Shown here piece after piece: positions 1 to 8,630 of a stretch of DNA of 64,000 nucleotides (position 1 is the stretch's first letter; each line of letters begins with the position of its first letter). Below the pieces are notes generated by a model, which was given only the letters and a program-made list of their open reading frames with translations, was not told the DNA's origin and did no database searches. Source of the DNA: an uncultured Actinomycetes bacterium (lineage in GTDB: Bacteria > Actinomycetota > Thermoleophilia > RBG-16-64-13); contig CAWJDT010000001.1 of NCBI GenBank assembly GCA_963841735.1, positions 224,001-288,000 of the forward strand. Direction: 5' to 3'. Position numbers and translations under genes: made by a program.

Positions 1-137
1 ACCTTCTGCGGGTCGGCCTTCGCGAGGTCATCGATGACCACGTCAGCGCCGGCCTTAGCGAGTCCGAGCGCGATGGGACGGCCCAGTCCACCTGCGCCTC
101 CCGTAACGATCGCGACCTTACCTTTTAGATCGAACAT
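1..137 (-). CDS. short-chain dehydrogenase/reductase (SDR), 5' part only, runs off the window
   Basis: Not in the ORF track. Manual translation from ATG 137 gives [38 protein letters not shown] with the TGxxxGxG motif. RBS AGGAGGAGG at about 142-150. Confidence 0.85.
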   Translation of the reverse strand, partial: MFDLKGKVAIVTGGAGGLGRPIALGLAKAGADVVIDDLAKADPQK

Positions 138-188
138 CAGACCTCCTCCTCTTTACCCAAGCTCAGTAAGTGTTGTTGTGTGCGACGG

Positions 189-1139
189 TCAGTTGTTGGC
201 CATGTAGAGCTGGAGCTGCTTGATCAGGACGAGGTTCTTCTCCTCCAGCACCTCTTCGCGCGTCCTGCCGCTGTAGTCGTACCAGCCCTTGCCCGACTTG
301 ATGCCCAGCTCGCCCTTCTCGACCTTCTCGGTGACCAGCTTGGAGGCCGTGGTCGCGTTACTCAGCCCGGGGAACACCCGGCCGGAGACGGTGGCGCAGA
401 TATCGAGGCCGATCATGTCGTCCACTTCCATGGGGCCTAGGCAGGCAAACCGGAAACCGGTGCTGCCCTTTATGGCTGTGTTCAGGTCCTCGGGAGTGCA
501 GATGCCCTCGTCGAGGATGAAGGCACACTCACGCGTGATGGCACCCATGACCCGGTTGACGATGAAGCCCGGCATCTCCTTGAGCACGAGGGCGGTCTTC
601 TTGCCCGACTCCTTCATCATGCGCTGGGTGAGATCGTAGGCGGCGTCGGAGGTCTTGGTGCCGCGATGAACCTCGACCAGCGGGATGATGTGGGCGGGGT
701 TGAAGTAGTGAATACCGATTATGGACGCGGGGTTCGGCATGCCCTCGGCCAAGGAATCCACCTTCATGCTGCCGGTGTTGCTGCCGATGACCACGTCCGG
801 GTTCACCGCTTGCAGGGCGCCTATGAGGGCCCGCTTGTCGTCGAGGTTCTCACGGATGGTCTCGACTACGTAGGTGACTCCTTCGAGGGCCTGAGCCATG
901 TCGGTGGTGACCATGCCCTCGACCCGACCCACAACGACGTCGGCGGGCTCTTTGATGAGGTCGAACTCGATGAACTGCTTGACGTTCTGCTTGATCTGGC
1001 TCATAGCCCGGGTCAGGGGCTCTTCGCGGCGGGCCACCAAACGCACCTGGAACCCGTTCTGTGCGAAGGTCTGTGCGATGCCCTCACCCATAGTCCCGGT
1101 GCCAACAACAAGTATCTTCTCTGCGTTCTTAGCGCTCAT
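189..1139 (-). CDS. 3-hydroxyacyl-CoA dehydrogenase family protein
   Basis: GTGTMG Rossmann motif, VETIRENLDDK, GSNTGS, catalytic HYFNPAH..PLVE, PGFIVNR, GPMEVDDMIGLD, G.LG.KSGKGWY. Confidence 0.93.
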   Translation of the reverse strand: MSAKNAEKILVVGTGTMGEGIAQTFAQNGFQVRLVARREEPLTRAMSQIKQNVKQFIEFDLIKEPADVVVGRVEGMVTTDMAQALEGVTYVVETIRENLDDKRALIGALQAVNPDVVIGSNTGSMKVDSLAEGMPNPASIIGIHYFNPAHIIPLVEVHRGTKTSDAAYDLTQRMMKESGKKTALVLKEMPGFIVNRVMGAITRECAFILDEGICTPEDLNTAIKGSTGFRFACLGPMEVDDMIGLDICATVSGRVFPGLSNATTASKLVTEKVEKGELGIKSGKGWYDYSGRTREEVLEEKNLVLIKQLQLYMANN

Positions 1140-1175
1140 ATGTCAGTCTCCCGCACTGTGGCTTTTCTTCTCGAC

Positions 1176-1248
1176 CCCATTAATTCACAAGTGGGGATTA
1201 GTGTCAAGGAATTGTTCATATTATGGTGACGCAGTTCACGTGCTGAAC
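1176..1248 (-). promoter_or_regulatory. conserved promoter plus tandem operator, copy 1
   Basis: Minus-strand TTGACA (1207-1202), N17, ATTAAT (1184-1179). Boxes GTTCATATTATGGTG (1214-1228) and GTTCACGTGCTGAAC (1234-1248). Same layout at 2318-2390 and 4467-4538. Confidence 0.8.
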
Positions 1249-1376
1249 AGACGACCTACAAACCCGCCCCGTCTCGCGGAGAGAGCCTGTGGGCACCAGA
1301 GCATTCCGGTCGGAAATGGGGAACGCCTTGGCGGACCCCATGCCCGCCAAGGCGTTCCGAAAACAAGCGTTAGAGC

Positions 1377-2232
1377 TTACTTCTGGTGCTGGGGACGATC
1401 CCCTACGAAGTCGGCGGCTATCTTGTCGAAATTGTGCCGAGTGGCCTCCAGGGCAACGGCGTACATCTCGGCCAGAACGTGAACGCGCTCATCGTCCTGC
1501 AACGCACGCTTCCACGGACGCATGACGAGCTCATGGGTCAGGCGGCGAACAGGCCGGCCTGTCTTCATGATGTGCTTGGCGATCTCATAGGCACGCGGGA
1601 TGAGCTGATCGTGCTCGACGATCTCGTTAATAAGACCCCACTCCAGGGCGGTCTTGGCGTCGATCTTCGGCTCCATGTACGCCATGTAGGCGGCCCGCTT
1701 CTGCCCGACGCAGACGCGGTAGGAGAAGTTCATGCCGTCGCCGGGAACGATGTTGTGCGAGAAATGGGCGTCGGAGAAGTAGAAGTCCGGGACGCACAGT
1801 GCGATGTCCGCCATGAGCGCGAACTCGTAGTGCTGCCCGATGCCATTGATGGCCCCGATGACTGGGACTTCGATGTCGTTGATGAAATTCTCGACGAAGT
1901 TCATCGTATCCGGGACATTGCAGTTGTACTTGAGAGCAGTGTCGTTGGAATCTTCGACTTCATCGAAGGAGGCGGGATCGCTCTTCTGCGTGATCCAGTA
2001 GGGGTCGGCGCAGGTCAGGATGATGACCTCGTTCTGCTTGTCATGCCCAATGGCGGTCCAGAGTTCGCCGTAGGTCATCTGAGTCTGGTAGCTCCAGACA
2101 CAAGCCTCGCCCTTCCAGTGAAGGCGGCAGAAACAGAATACCGTCCTCGGTACGCTCCATGTGAGCGAAATCCTTGAACCGCTCGCTGTATTCCTCCAGC
2201 GTTTCCACGTGAACATATGGCTGTAGTGCCAT
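1377..2232 (-). CDS. crotonase-superfamily protein, 6-oxocamphor hydrolase-like, with one frameshift near 2131
   Basis: ORF 2041..2232 (MALQPYVHVETLEEYSERFK...DGILF) joins ORF 1377..2258 (CRLHWKG...) if one A is removed from the AAA run at 2131-2133. Motifs EVPVIGAING..QHYE and HFSHNIVPGDG. Paralogue at 3432 is intact. Confidence 0.85.
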
Positions 2233-2317
2233 GGATACTTCCTCCTTGTTCCAATCAACTCATGACCGTGTTCTGGAGCTGGTGCCCAGTTCTCCCACGT
2301 TTGGACACTCTTCTTGC

Positions 2318-2390
2318 CCCATTAATCCACACGTGCGGACTAGTGTCAAGAAACTGTTCATGTTATGATGGTAAAGTTCATGTGATGAAC
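2318..2390 (-). promoter_or_regulatory. conserved promoter plus tandem operator, copy 2, in the divergent region upstream of iclR
   Basis: ATTAAT 2321-2326 and TGTCAA 2344-2349 with a 17-bp spacer. Boxes GTTCATGTTATGATG 2356-2370 and GTTCATGTGATGAAC 2376-2390. Confidence 0.8.
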
Positions 2391-2434
2391 AGTATGCGAC
2401 CCTGGGCAGCCGGCCAGCGCGCGGAAGGAGTGTT

Positions 2435-3268
2435 GTGCCTCCCAAGCCAGAGAGAGCAGATCGAGCGGCCATCTATCAGGTGAGAGTACTTGATAGAGCC
2501 ATAGATATCCTCGACGCCTTCACGCTGCGCCGAACAGACCTGAACATCCGCGAGATCGTCGAGGCTACCGGACTCAACCGATCGACCGCCATACGGCTCG
2601 TATCGAATCTTGAGCGCCGCGGACTCCTGCAGCAAACACCCACCACCAGCCGATACCGGCTCGGCCGTAGGCTCTTTGAGATGGGAAGCATCGTCTACTC
2701 GTCGCTGTCGCTTGTCGAGGCGGCAGCCGGGCCTCTCTCGGGCCTCGAAAGGCAATCGGGCGCCACCATCTTTCTGGCGGTCCGCAACGGCGACTACTCT
2801 GTCACGGTCGACCGCCGGCAAGGCGTTGGTGACGGATTCGCCATGGTGCCGACACCAAGCGAAGTGGGGACCGTTCGCCCCTTGCCCTACGGGCCGGTTG
2901 GCCAGGTCTTCATGGCGACGCTCACCCCAGAAGCCCTTGATGCACTGCTGAACAAGTATCCCCTCGAGCAGTACACCCCCTACTCCATCATGGACCGCGA
3001 CCGGTTTGTCGAACGACTTCCGCTCATTAGAAGTGAGGGATACGCAATCGAAGTCAACGAGGTGGTGGAGGGCCTGATGGGAATAGCTGCTCCTATATTC
3101 GACTTCGCCGGCAACACGGCCGGCGTTCTGTCCTTGGGCTTGCCCGCGACGCGGGAGAACGACAAGGCCTTCCTGGATGCGGCCATCCGCAACCTCAAGC
3201 AAGCAGCCGCCGAAATATCGGCCAACATGGGCTATCCCGGCAGTACCGACGCGGTCGAGGGATCCTAG
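2435..3268 (+). CDS. IclR-family transcriptional regulator
   Basis: VRVLDRAIDILDAF, HTH (EIVEATGLNRSTAIRLVSNLERRGLL), YRLG, C-terminal GYAIEVNEVVEGLMGIAAPIFD...LSL effector domain. Confidence 0.95.
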   Translation: MPPKPERADRAAIYQVRVLDRAIDILDAFTLRRTDLNIREIVEATGLNRSTAIRLVSNLERRGLLQQTPTTSRYRLGRRLFEMGSIVYSSLSLVEAAAGPLSGLERQSGATIFLAVRNGDYSVTVDRRQGVGDGFAMVPTPSEVGTVRPLPYGPVGQVFMATLTPEALDALLNKYPLEQYTPYSIMDRDRFVERLPLIRSEGYAIEVNEVVEGLMGIAAPIFDFAGNTAGVLSLGLPATRENDKAFLDAAIRNLKQAAAEISANMGYPGSTDAVEGS

Positions 3269-3316
3269 GCCCGGCAAAGACTGCCTGGCAGGGCGCGCTC
3301 TCGGGGATCAAAGAAG

Positions 3317-3350
3317 ACAGCCCCCCCGCCCGAGCGGCGGTAGGGGCTGT
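3317..3350. terminator. hairpin between convergent iclR and crotonase genes
   Basis: ACAGCCCC...GGGGCTGT outer stem with an inner CCGCC/GGCGG stem and A/T-rich flanks. Confidence 0.6.
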
Positions 3351-3431
3351 TCTGTAAGTGACAGGCGTGGAATCAGACGGTCCTCTGATATCCCTCTTCA
3401 CGCGGCGATCAAGCAAGCACTGGCGACTTAT

Positions 3432-4280
3432 CTACGCCTTCATCATCTTGTCGTCGGAATACTCGATGGTGTCGAAGTCGTGGTGCGACTTCTCCAGGTT
3501 GAACGAGTACATCTCGGCGTAGACATGCTGGCGGATGTTCTGCTCCACCAGTTCCCGCCAGGGGCGCGCGCACACGTGGTGGCTGAGGCGCCGGGTGGAA
3601 CGGTTGGTCTTCATGAGATGCCGGGCGATCTCCCAGGCGCGCTCTTCGATCTTGTCGCGCTCGACGACCTCGTTCACCGCACCCAGCTTGAGGCAGGTAT
3701 CGGCGTCGAGGCCCTTGTTCATCAGGCTCATGTAATTGCCGCGCTTGATGCCCAGCACGTACTGCAGAGCCAGGGTCATGCCGTCCCCGGGCACATGCCC
3801 GCCCGCATGGACGAAGTGGTCGTCCTGCAGGATGAAGTCCGGGGTGCAGAGGGTGATGTCGCTCATCATGGCCATCTCCCAATGGATGCCCTGACCGGTG
3901 ATGGCACAGATAGTGGGGATCTCGATATCGTTGACGAAGTTCTCGACCACCTTGAGGGTGTCGTAGATCTGGACGTTGAAGCGCGGGATGTTGTCCGGGT
4001 TGTCCTCGATGTCCTTGAAGGAGGAGGCGTCCACATCGTTGATCCACTGGTCACCGGTTGCGGTGAAGATGAGGACCTCGTTATTGGTGTCGTGCCCTAT
4101 CGCGGTCCACAGTTCGGAGATGGCGTGGTGCATCTGGTAGCTCCAGCGCACCGGCCCGTCGAGGGTATGCATCTTGACCTCAAGGATGCCGTCTTCCGAG
4201 CGCTTGAACTTGAAGAACCTCTTGAAGCGCTCCGAGTACTCCTCCAGCGTGGCCATATGAACGTAGTCTTGTTCTGCCAT
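3432..4280 (-). CDS. crotonase-superfamily protein, 6-oxocamphor hydrolase-like
   Basis: TLEEYSERF...DGILEVKMHT..GPVRWS, EIPTICAITG..IHWE, QDDHF...VPGDG, LDADTCLKLGAVNEV. Start taken at the ATG of MAEQD. Confidence 0.88.
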   Translation of the reverse strand: MAEQDYVHMATLEEYSERFKRFFKFKRSEDGILEVKMHTLDGPVRWSYQMHHAISELWTAIGHDTNNEVLIFTATGDQWINDVDASSFKDIEDNPDNIPRFNVQIYDTLKVVENFVNDIEIPTICAITGQGIHWEMAMMSDITLCTPDFILQDDHFVHAGGHVPGDGMTLALQYVLGIKRGNYMSLMNKGLDADTCLKLGAVNEVVERDKIEERAWEIARHLMKTNRSTRRLSHHVCARPWRELVEQNIRQHVYAEMYSFNLEKSHHDFDTIEYSDDKMMKA

Positions 4281-4466
4281 TCCTACCAACTCCTATCGAT
4301 TGAGTTTCGGCTATTCGCGGCGTGCGCCACAAGTCACAGATTGAACCTTTGGCGGGCGGAGGCCTGCGCGGTGGCTTCACCCATGGTCCCCGGGCCCACG
4401 ATCAGCACCATCTGCTTGTTGCCCGGACTCAGGCCCCTACCTCCGACGCAGAGCGTCGTACTTGTG

Positions 4467-4538
4467 CCCATTAATTCACATCAAAGCACTAGTGTCAACA
4501 AGAGTTCATAGTATGATGCCGGTGGTCATGTGCTGAAC
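4467..4538 (-). promoter_or_regulatory. conserved promoter plus tandem operator, copy 3
   Basis: ATTAAT 4470-4475 and TGTCAA 4493-4498 with a 17-bp spacer. Boxes GTTCATAGTATGATG 4504-4518 and GGTCATGTGCTGAAC 4524-4538. Confidence 0.78.
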
Positions 4539-4638
4539 AACGCACGGTCCCGGCTCTCCGGTAGCCTATGATCTGACGCCAAGACGCCGCCCTGTGATAT
4601 ATTGCGATATAACGTATTAGACCGACGGAGGTCAAGCA

Positions 4639-4937
4639 ATGCACAACAAGAAGGGTCACCACCCCGGACACGGCCAAGCCGGCGGCAAGCCGGACACGGC
4701 AAGGCAGGACACGGCCACGGTGGCCACGGCCATCATCACCCAGGCTCTTCGCCTGAACAAGATCACCACGATCCCGCGCGGCAGCAGTCGTTCGCCGGCC
4801 CGTCGCACACCGGCGCGCCCGAAGCGAGCCACTCCGGACAGGCAGTGTCGTTTCCCCCGGCTGAGGATTGCCCGAAAAGGGGCGGCTCGGCCGACTGCCC
4901 GAGAGATTGCCGCAACTGTCCAAACCACGGACTGTAG
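4639..4937 (+). CDS. small His/Gly-rich protein with a C-terminal Cys cluster, probable 1-nt frameshift near 4689
   Basis: RBS GGAGG 4627-4631 and ATG 4639 (MHNKKGHHPGHGQAGGK). Adding one G joins the frame of ORF 4602..4937 (AGHGKAGHGHGGHGHHH...CPKRGGSADCPRDCRNCPNHGL). Confidence 0.55.
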
Positions 4938-5068
4938 ACAAACACTGAGCCCCACCTAGACTATTGTGAACAGATCGAGGTTATTGAGGCACGGCACATG
5001 CTCATGTCCTTCTCGGTACTCACCTTGCAGGTATTCTGACCCACCAAGCCCGGCCTCTCGGCCTGCTC

Positions 5069-7744
5069 TCAGTCTTCAGCATCTCCCCCGCGCCATTTCT
5101 CCCCTTCTGCCAGCACTCGCTCGAATATCAAGCCGGCAGCTTGGCTGTAGGGCCGGCTGAATGCTTCCGGGAATTCCCTTCTTAGCGCCTCAAGATCGAT
5201 GGGGGCCACTTCCACCAGAAAGCCGCTGCTTGCCATGCCCGCGCAGTTCTTGGAAGTAATGCCGTGCGGCGAGATGGTGTTTATGGCGCCTCCCCTGTCG
5301 AGCACTCCCGGCGCAAGGAAGTCTTGCCTGGCCCCGTGGTCGACGTAGGCCACCCCGGGCATCACCCTTTCCATGACCCGAGCACCCACCAGGACCCCGC
5401 CCCTCTCGTTGAAGACCTTGCAGATGTCGCCGTCCGCGATGCCGCGTTTGGCGGCTTCCGAGGGATGCAGCCAGACCGGCTCATACATGTAGCCATCGGG
5501 CCCTTTGACCTTGCAGGTGGGGATCTCCCGGTTCCAGCTCAGATCATCCATCTGCGCGTGCACCCTGTGCCGGGGGTGGTTGGACATGCACAGCAGTGGA
5601 TATTCCTTGGCCCGCGCACTGGAGATCCGCTCGTCATGGAGCCTGCTCTTCTCCACCCAGTGCGGCACCGGCGGTCTTTCGTCATCGTCGGGGAAGTGCT
5701 TCTTCAAGTCTAGAGACTCGAACTCCAGCTTGCCCGACGGAGTGGAGAGCGGATTGGCCTCGGGATCGCGATAGAAGTCGTACATGCCCGCCGAGTAGGT
5801 CTCCCAGTTGGGATCGGACGGCACCACGTAGTACTGCTTCTCCTTGAAGGTCTCCCAGTCGAGCAGGCCTCTCTCGGGGATCCCGCTCTGGTCGAAGCCA
5901 TGTTTGATCCAATCCTGGATGCTCTTGCCCTCGGTGTACTCTTCGAGCAGGCCCAGCCTCTCGGCCACCATGCAGACGATCTCGTAGTCACTCTTCGATT
6001 CCCCCAGCGGCTCGATGCACTTGTGCTCCAGGTACACCATCTCGAAGGTGACGCTCTCGGTGTCGTCGCCTATGTCATCCTCCTCGAATTTGGTGCTCAC
6101 CGGCAGGATGAGGTCGGCAAAGAGACAGTCGTTTTCGAGCCAGGGATGCTGCGCCATGAAGAACTCTATGGAGGGATGCTGGAAGGCTTCGGCGATGCGG
6201 TTGCTGTCGTTCCAGCAGGTCATGAGGCAGGGCGTGTCGGTCCAGATCATGTGGATGGGCGAGCAGCCCTCGGCGGGATACTCGTACCTGATGAACTGTT
6301 CCGCGGCCGGGGTACTCTGCAGTGAGCTCCCGTTGACTACGAACTTGCCGTCGAGAATGGCGTCGTGGACCAAAGTCTTGGGGATCCATTGCTTCGGCAG
6401 CCCGGTGAACGGGAAAGGCGAGTAGCCCCGATACGCGGCCCTGATGTTCACGCTGGGGTTGTTGATGATGCTGCCCGGAGAGGGCGGAAAGGCCGGATGG
6501 TCTTCGGAGCCGAACACCGCCCGGTTGATGATGGCAAACGAATGCTGCCCCGGTTTGCCCAGCCCCTGCATGGCAAGCAGGGCGCCCTCCAGGCGGGCCG
6601 GCTCGTGCGAGTAGGGCCCCCGGATATAGGGCCCGCCCAAGCCGTGTACCACCGAGGTCCGTTGCTTGGCCCACGCTCTGGCGAGGGCTTTGATGGTCCG
6701 CGCGGGGACGTGGGTCTTCTGCGCCGCCCACTGCGGGGTCTTGGGCACTCCGTCATCCTTGCCCAACACATAGTCCGCGAAGGCTTCAAACCCGACGCTG
6801 TGAGTGGCCACGTATTCCTTGTCATACGTGTCGTTGACGATCCACTGGTAGGCGATGGCCAGCTGTAGCGCCGCGTCGGTGTTGGGCAGTATGGGTATCC
6901 ATTTGTCGGCGAACACGGCGGCACCGTAGTTCAGGTCCGGGCACACATAGATCTGCTTGATGCCGAGGTCCTTCCAGAAGCTGCAGAACCGGCCGACGTA
7001 GTCGCCGGCGCTGAACCCCCGCGTGGTCGTGACAGGATCGCAGCCCCAGAACAGCAGCAGATCGCTGTTGCGCGAGATGTCCGGATACACGTTGGTGGGG
7101 CTGGGCATCAAACCGAAAGGCTCGCCCCCCCAGAAATGCTTTGTGCCCCAGTACCAGCCCTCCCAGCTGTCCGCGTTGCGCACCTGCAGCGTGCAGCCAC
7201 CAAGCATGTCCAGCAGCCTCACCTGGCATCCATGCGGCCCGTGAACCGACTTGGTCTCACCGTGGCCGTCGGCCTGGGCGAACACAGCCCAAGGGCCGTA
7301 CTTCTCGATGACCCTTTTCAGCTCCCCGGTGATGATATCCAGAGCCTCGTCCCAGGAGATCCTCGCGTAGCCGCTCTTGCCCCGATTCTGAGCATTCCGC
7401 CCGCCCTGGCCGGTGGAGCCGGGAGCCCCATTCGGATCCCAGTCGACCCGCTTGAGCGGATACAAGATGCGGTTGGGGGAGTAGATGCTCTTCTTGTAGC
7501 CCAGGCCGAAAGGACCGATGGTGGTCTTCAGCGGCACGTCAAAGATCTTGCCCCGGGCTTCGATCTTCCAGGGCCGGAACTCCTCCGGCTTGTACTTCCA
7601 GTCGTAGGGCAGTGGTCTGATACGCACGATCTTGCCGTCCTTGACGTCCACCGCCGCAACGTGCGAACCGATGCTGAAAGCGCAGAGACCGGTGCTCTTG
7701 ATGTATGTCTGCTCTGCGCCGGTGCTTTCTTCCTTCTCTGTCAT
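5069..7744 (-). CDS. bis-MGD molybdoenzyme large subunit, pyrogallol transhydroxylase (AthL)/resorcinol hydroxylase-like
   Basis: VDVKDGKIVRIRP..W.IEARGK N-terminus with no Fe-S motif and no Tat signal. RNADSWEGWYWG carries the Ser ligand motif. Also TPSGKLEF, NHPRHRVHAQ and a C-terminal MGD-binding domain. Confidence 0.9.
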   Translation of the reverse strand: MTEKEESTGAEQTYIKSTGLCAFSIGSHVAAVDVKDGKIVRIRPLPYDWKYKPEEFRPWKIEARGKIFDVPLKTTIGPFGLGYKKSIYSPNRILYPLKRVDWDPNGAPGSTGQGGRNAQNRGKSGYARISWDEALDIITGELKRVIEKYGPWAVFAQADGHGETKSVHGPHGCQVRLLDMLGGCTLQVRNADSWEGWYWGTKHFWGGEPFGLMPSPTNVYPDISRNSDLLLFWGCDPVTTTRGFSAGDYVGRFCSFWKDLGIKQIYVCPDLNYGAAVFADKWIPILPNTDAALQLAIAYQWIVNDTYDKEYVATHSVGFEAFADYVLGKDDGVPKTPQWAAQKTHVPARTIKALARAWAKQRTSVVHGLGGPYIRGPYSHEPARLEGALLAMQGLGKPGQHSFAIINRAVFGSEDHPAFPPSPGSIINNPSVNIRAAYRGYSPFPFTGLPKQWIPKTLVHDAILDGKFVVNGSSLQSTPAAEQFIRYEYPAEGCSPIHMIWTDTPCLMTCWNDSNRIAEAFQHPSIEFFMAQHPWLENDCLFADLILPVSTKFEEDDIGDDTESVTFEMVYLEHKCIEPLGESKSDYEIVCMVAERLGLLEEYTEGKSIQDWIKHGFDQSGIPERGLLDWETFKEKQYYVVPSDPNWETYSAGMYDFYRDPEANPLSTPSGKLEFESLDLKKHFPDDDERPPVPHWVEKSRLHDERISSARAKEYPLLCMSNHPRHRVHAQMDDLSWNREIPTCKVKGPDGYMYEPVWLHPSEAAKRGIADGDICKVFNERGGVLVGARVMERVMPGVAYVDHGARQDFLAPGVLDRGGAINTISPHGITSKNCAGMASSGFLVEVAPIDLEALRREFPEAFSRPYSQAAGLIFERVLAEGEKWRGGDAED

Positions 7745-7765
7745 CTTGCCCACCTGGTTTGGAGG

Positions 7766-8602
7766 TCAGGTCCGCGTGATGGGCTCTCGGAGATGTAGCT
7801 CGATATCCCCAACGTTGACGTCTTGCGTCGCCTCGATCGGCTCGACCACCTTCGCGAGGTAGCCGGCCTTCTCGATACGCAAGGAGTACTCACCCGGTTC
7901 CTGGCGCTCGAACCAGAAGTCGCCAAAGTCGTCGGTCTCCAAAGAAGCCGCCTCCTTGCTCTCCGCGTTGGTGAGCGTGACGGTCGCGCCTATTAGGCAC
8001 TCGTCGGCGTCGGGGTCAAACACCGCGCCCGCTACAAAGTACTTGTTCGGCAAATTGAGGTAGCGCACGCGGGGCTTGGTCTGGGCCTCGGGCTTCAGCG
8101 TCTCCGCCTTGGCTATCAGCTCCTTCAGCTCCGCTTCCTCGCCGAACCTCAGCGCACCTGTTGGGCAGGCATCCACGCAACGAGGCTCCTTCCAGTCCTT
8201 GTCCAGAAGGTGCGCGCACATGGTGCACTTTTGAGAGATGTTCAGATCGTCATTGAAGTAGATGGCGCCGTACGGGCAGGCAGCGATACAGCTGTGCGCG
8301 CCGGCACATTTCTGCGGGTCGATGATGACTATTCCGTCATCCCGCTTGTAGATGGCTCCCGATTCGCAGGCAGACAGGCAAGGGGCATCATCGCAATGCT
8401 GGCAGATGTCGAGCATGTACCGCACTCTGACTTTCGGCACTGTGCCCTGCACGATGTCGGTCACCTTCATCCAGAAATGCCCCGTGTCGGGCTGCGGCTT
8501 CGCGATCGGGGTCCAGTCGTTGGAGACGTGCTCGTCCTTGCATGCCACCTGGCAGTTGTAGCAGCCGTTGCACTTGTCGATGTCGATCACGAGGGCTTTC
8601 AT
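7766..8602 (-). CDS. Fe-S small subunit, AthS-like, with C-terminal beta-sandwich domain
   Basis: MKALVIDIDKCNGCYNCQVACKDEH, CQHCDDAPC, CTMC...CVDACP. C-terminal GAVFDP...LETDDFGDFWFE...YSLRIE domain as in transhydroxylase beta subunits. Confidence 0.88.
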   Translation of the reverse strand: MKALVIDIDKCNGCYNCQVACKDEHVSNDWTPIAKPQPDTGHFWMKVTDIVQGTVPKVRVRYMLDICQHCDDAPCLSACESGAIYKRDDGIVIIDPQKCAGAHSCIAACPYGAIYFNDDLNISQKCTMCAHLLDKDWKEPRCVDACPTGALRFGEEAELKELIAKAETLKPEAQTKPRVRYLNLPNKYFVAGAVFDPDADECLIGATVTLTNAESKEAASLETDDFGDFWFERQEPGEYSLRIEKAGYLAKVVEPIEATQDVNVGDIELHLREPITRT

Positions 8603-8630
8603 GATGCCTGACCTTTGTTTGATGATTGCG

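Noticed and set aside
2125-2140. Programmed frameshift in the first crotonase
   Set aside because: There is no slippery heptamer or downstream structure. One extra A explains it and the paralogue is intact.
1176-4538. Dispersed repeats as CRISPR or MITE/IS ends
   Set aside because: There is no repeat-spacer periodicity, cas gene, transposase or target duplication. Each copy sits in promoter position.
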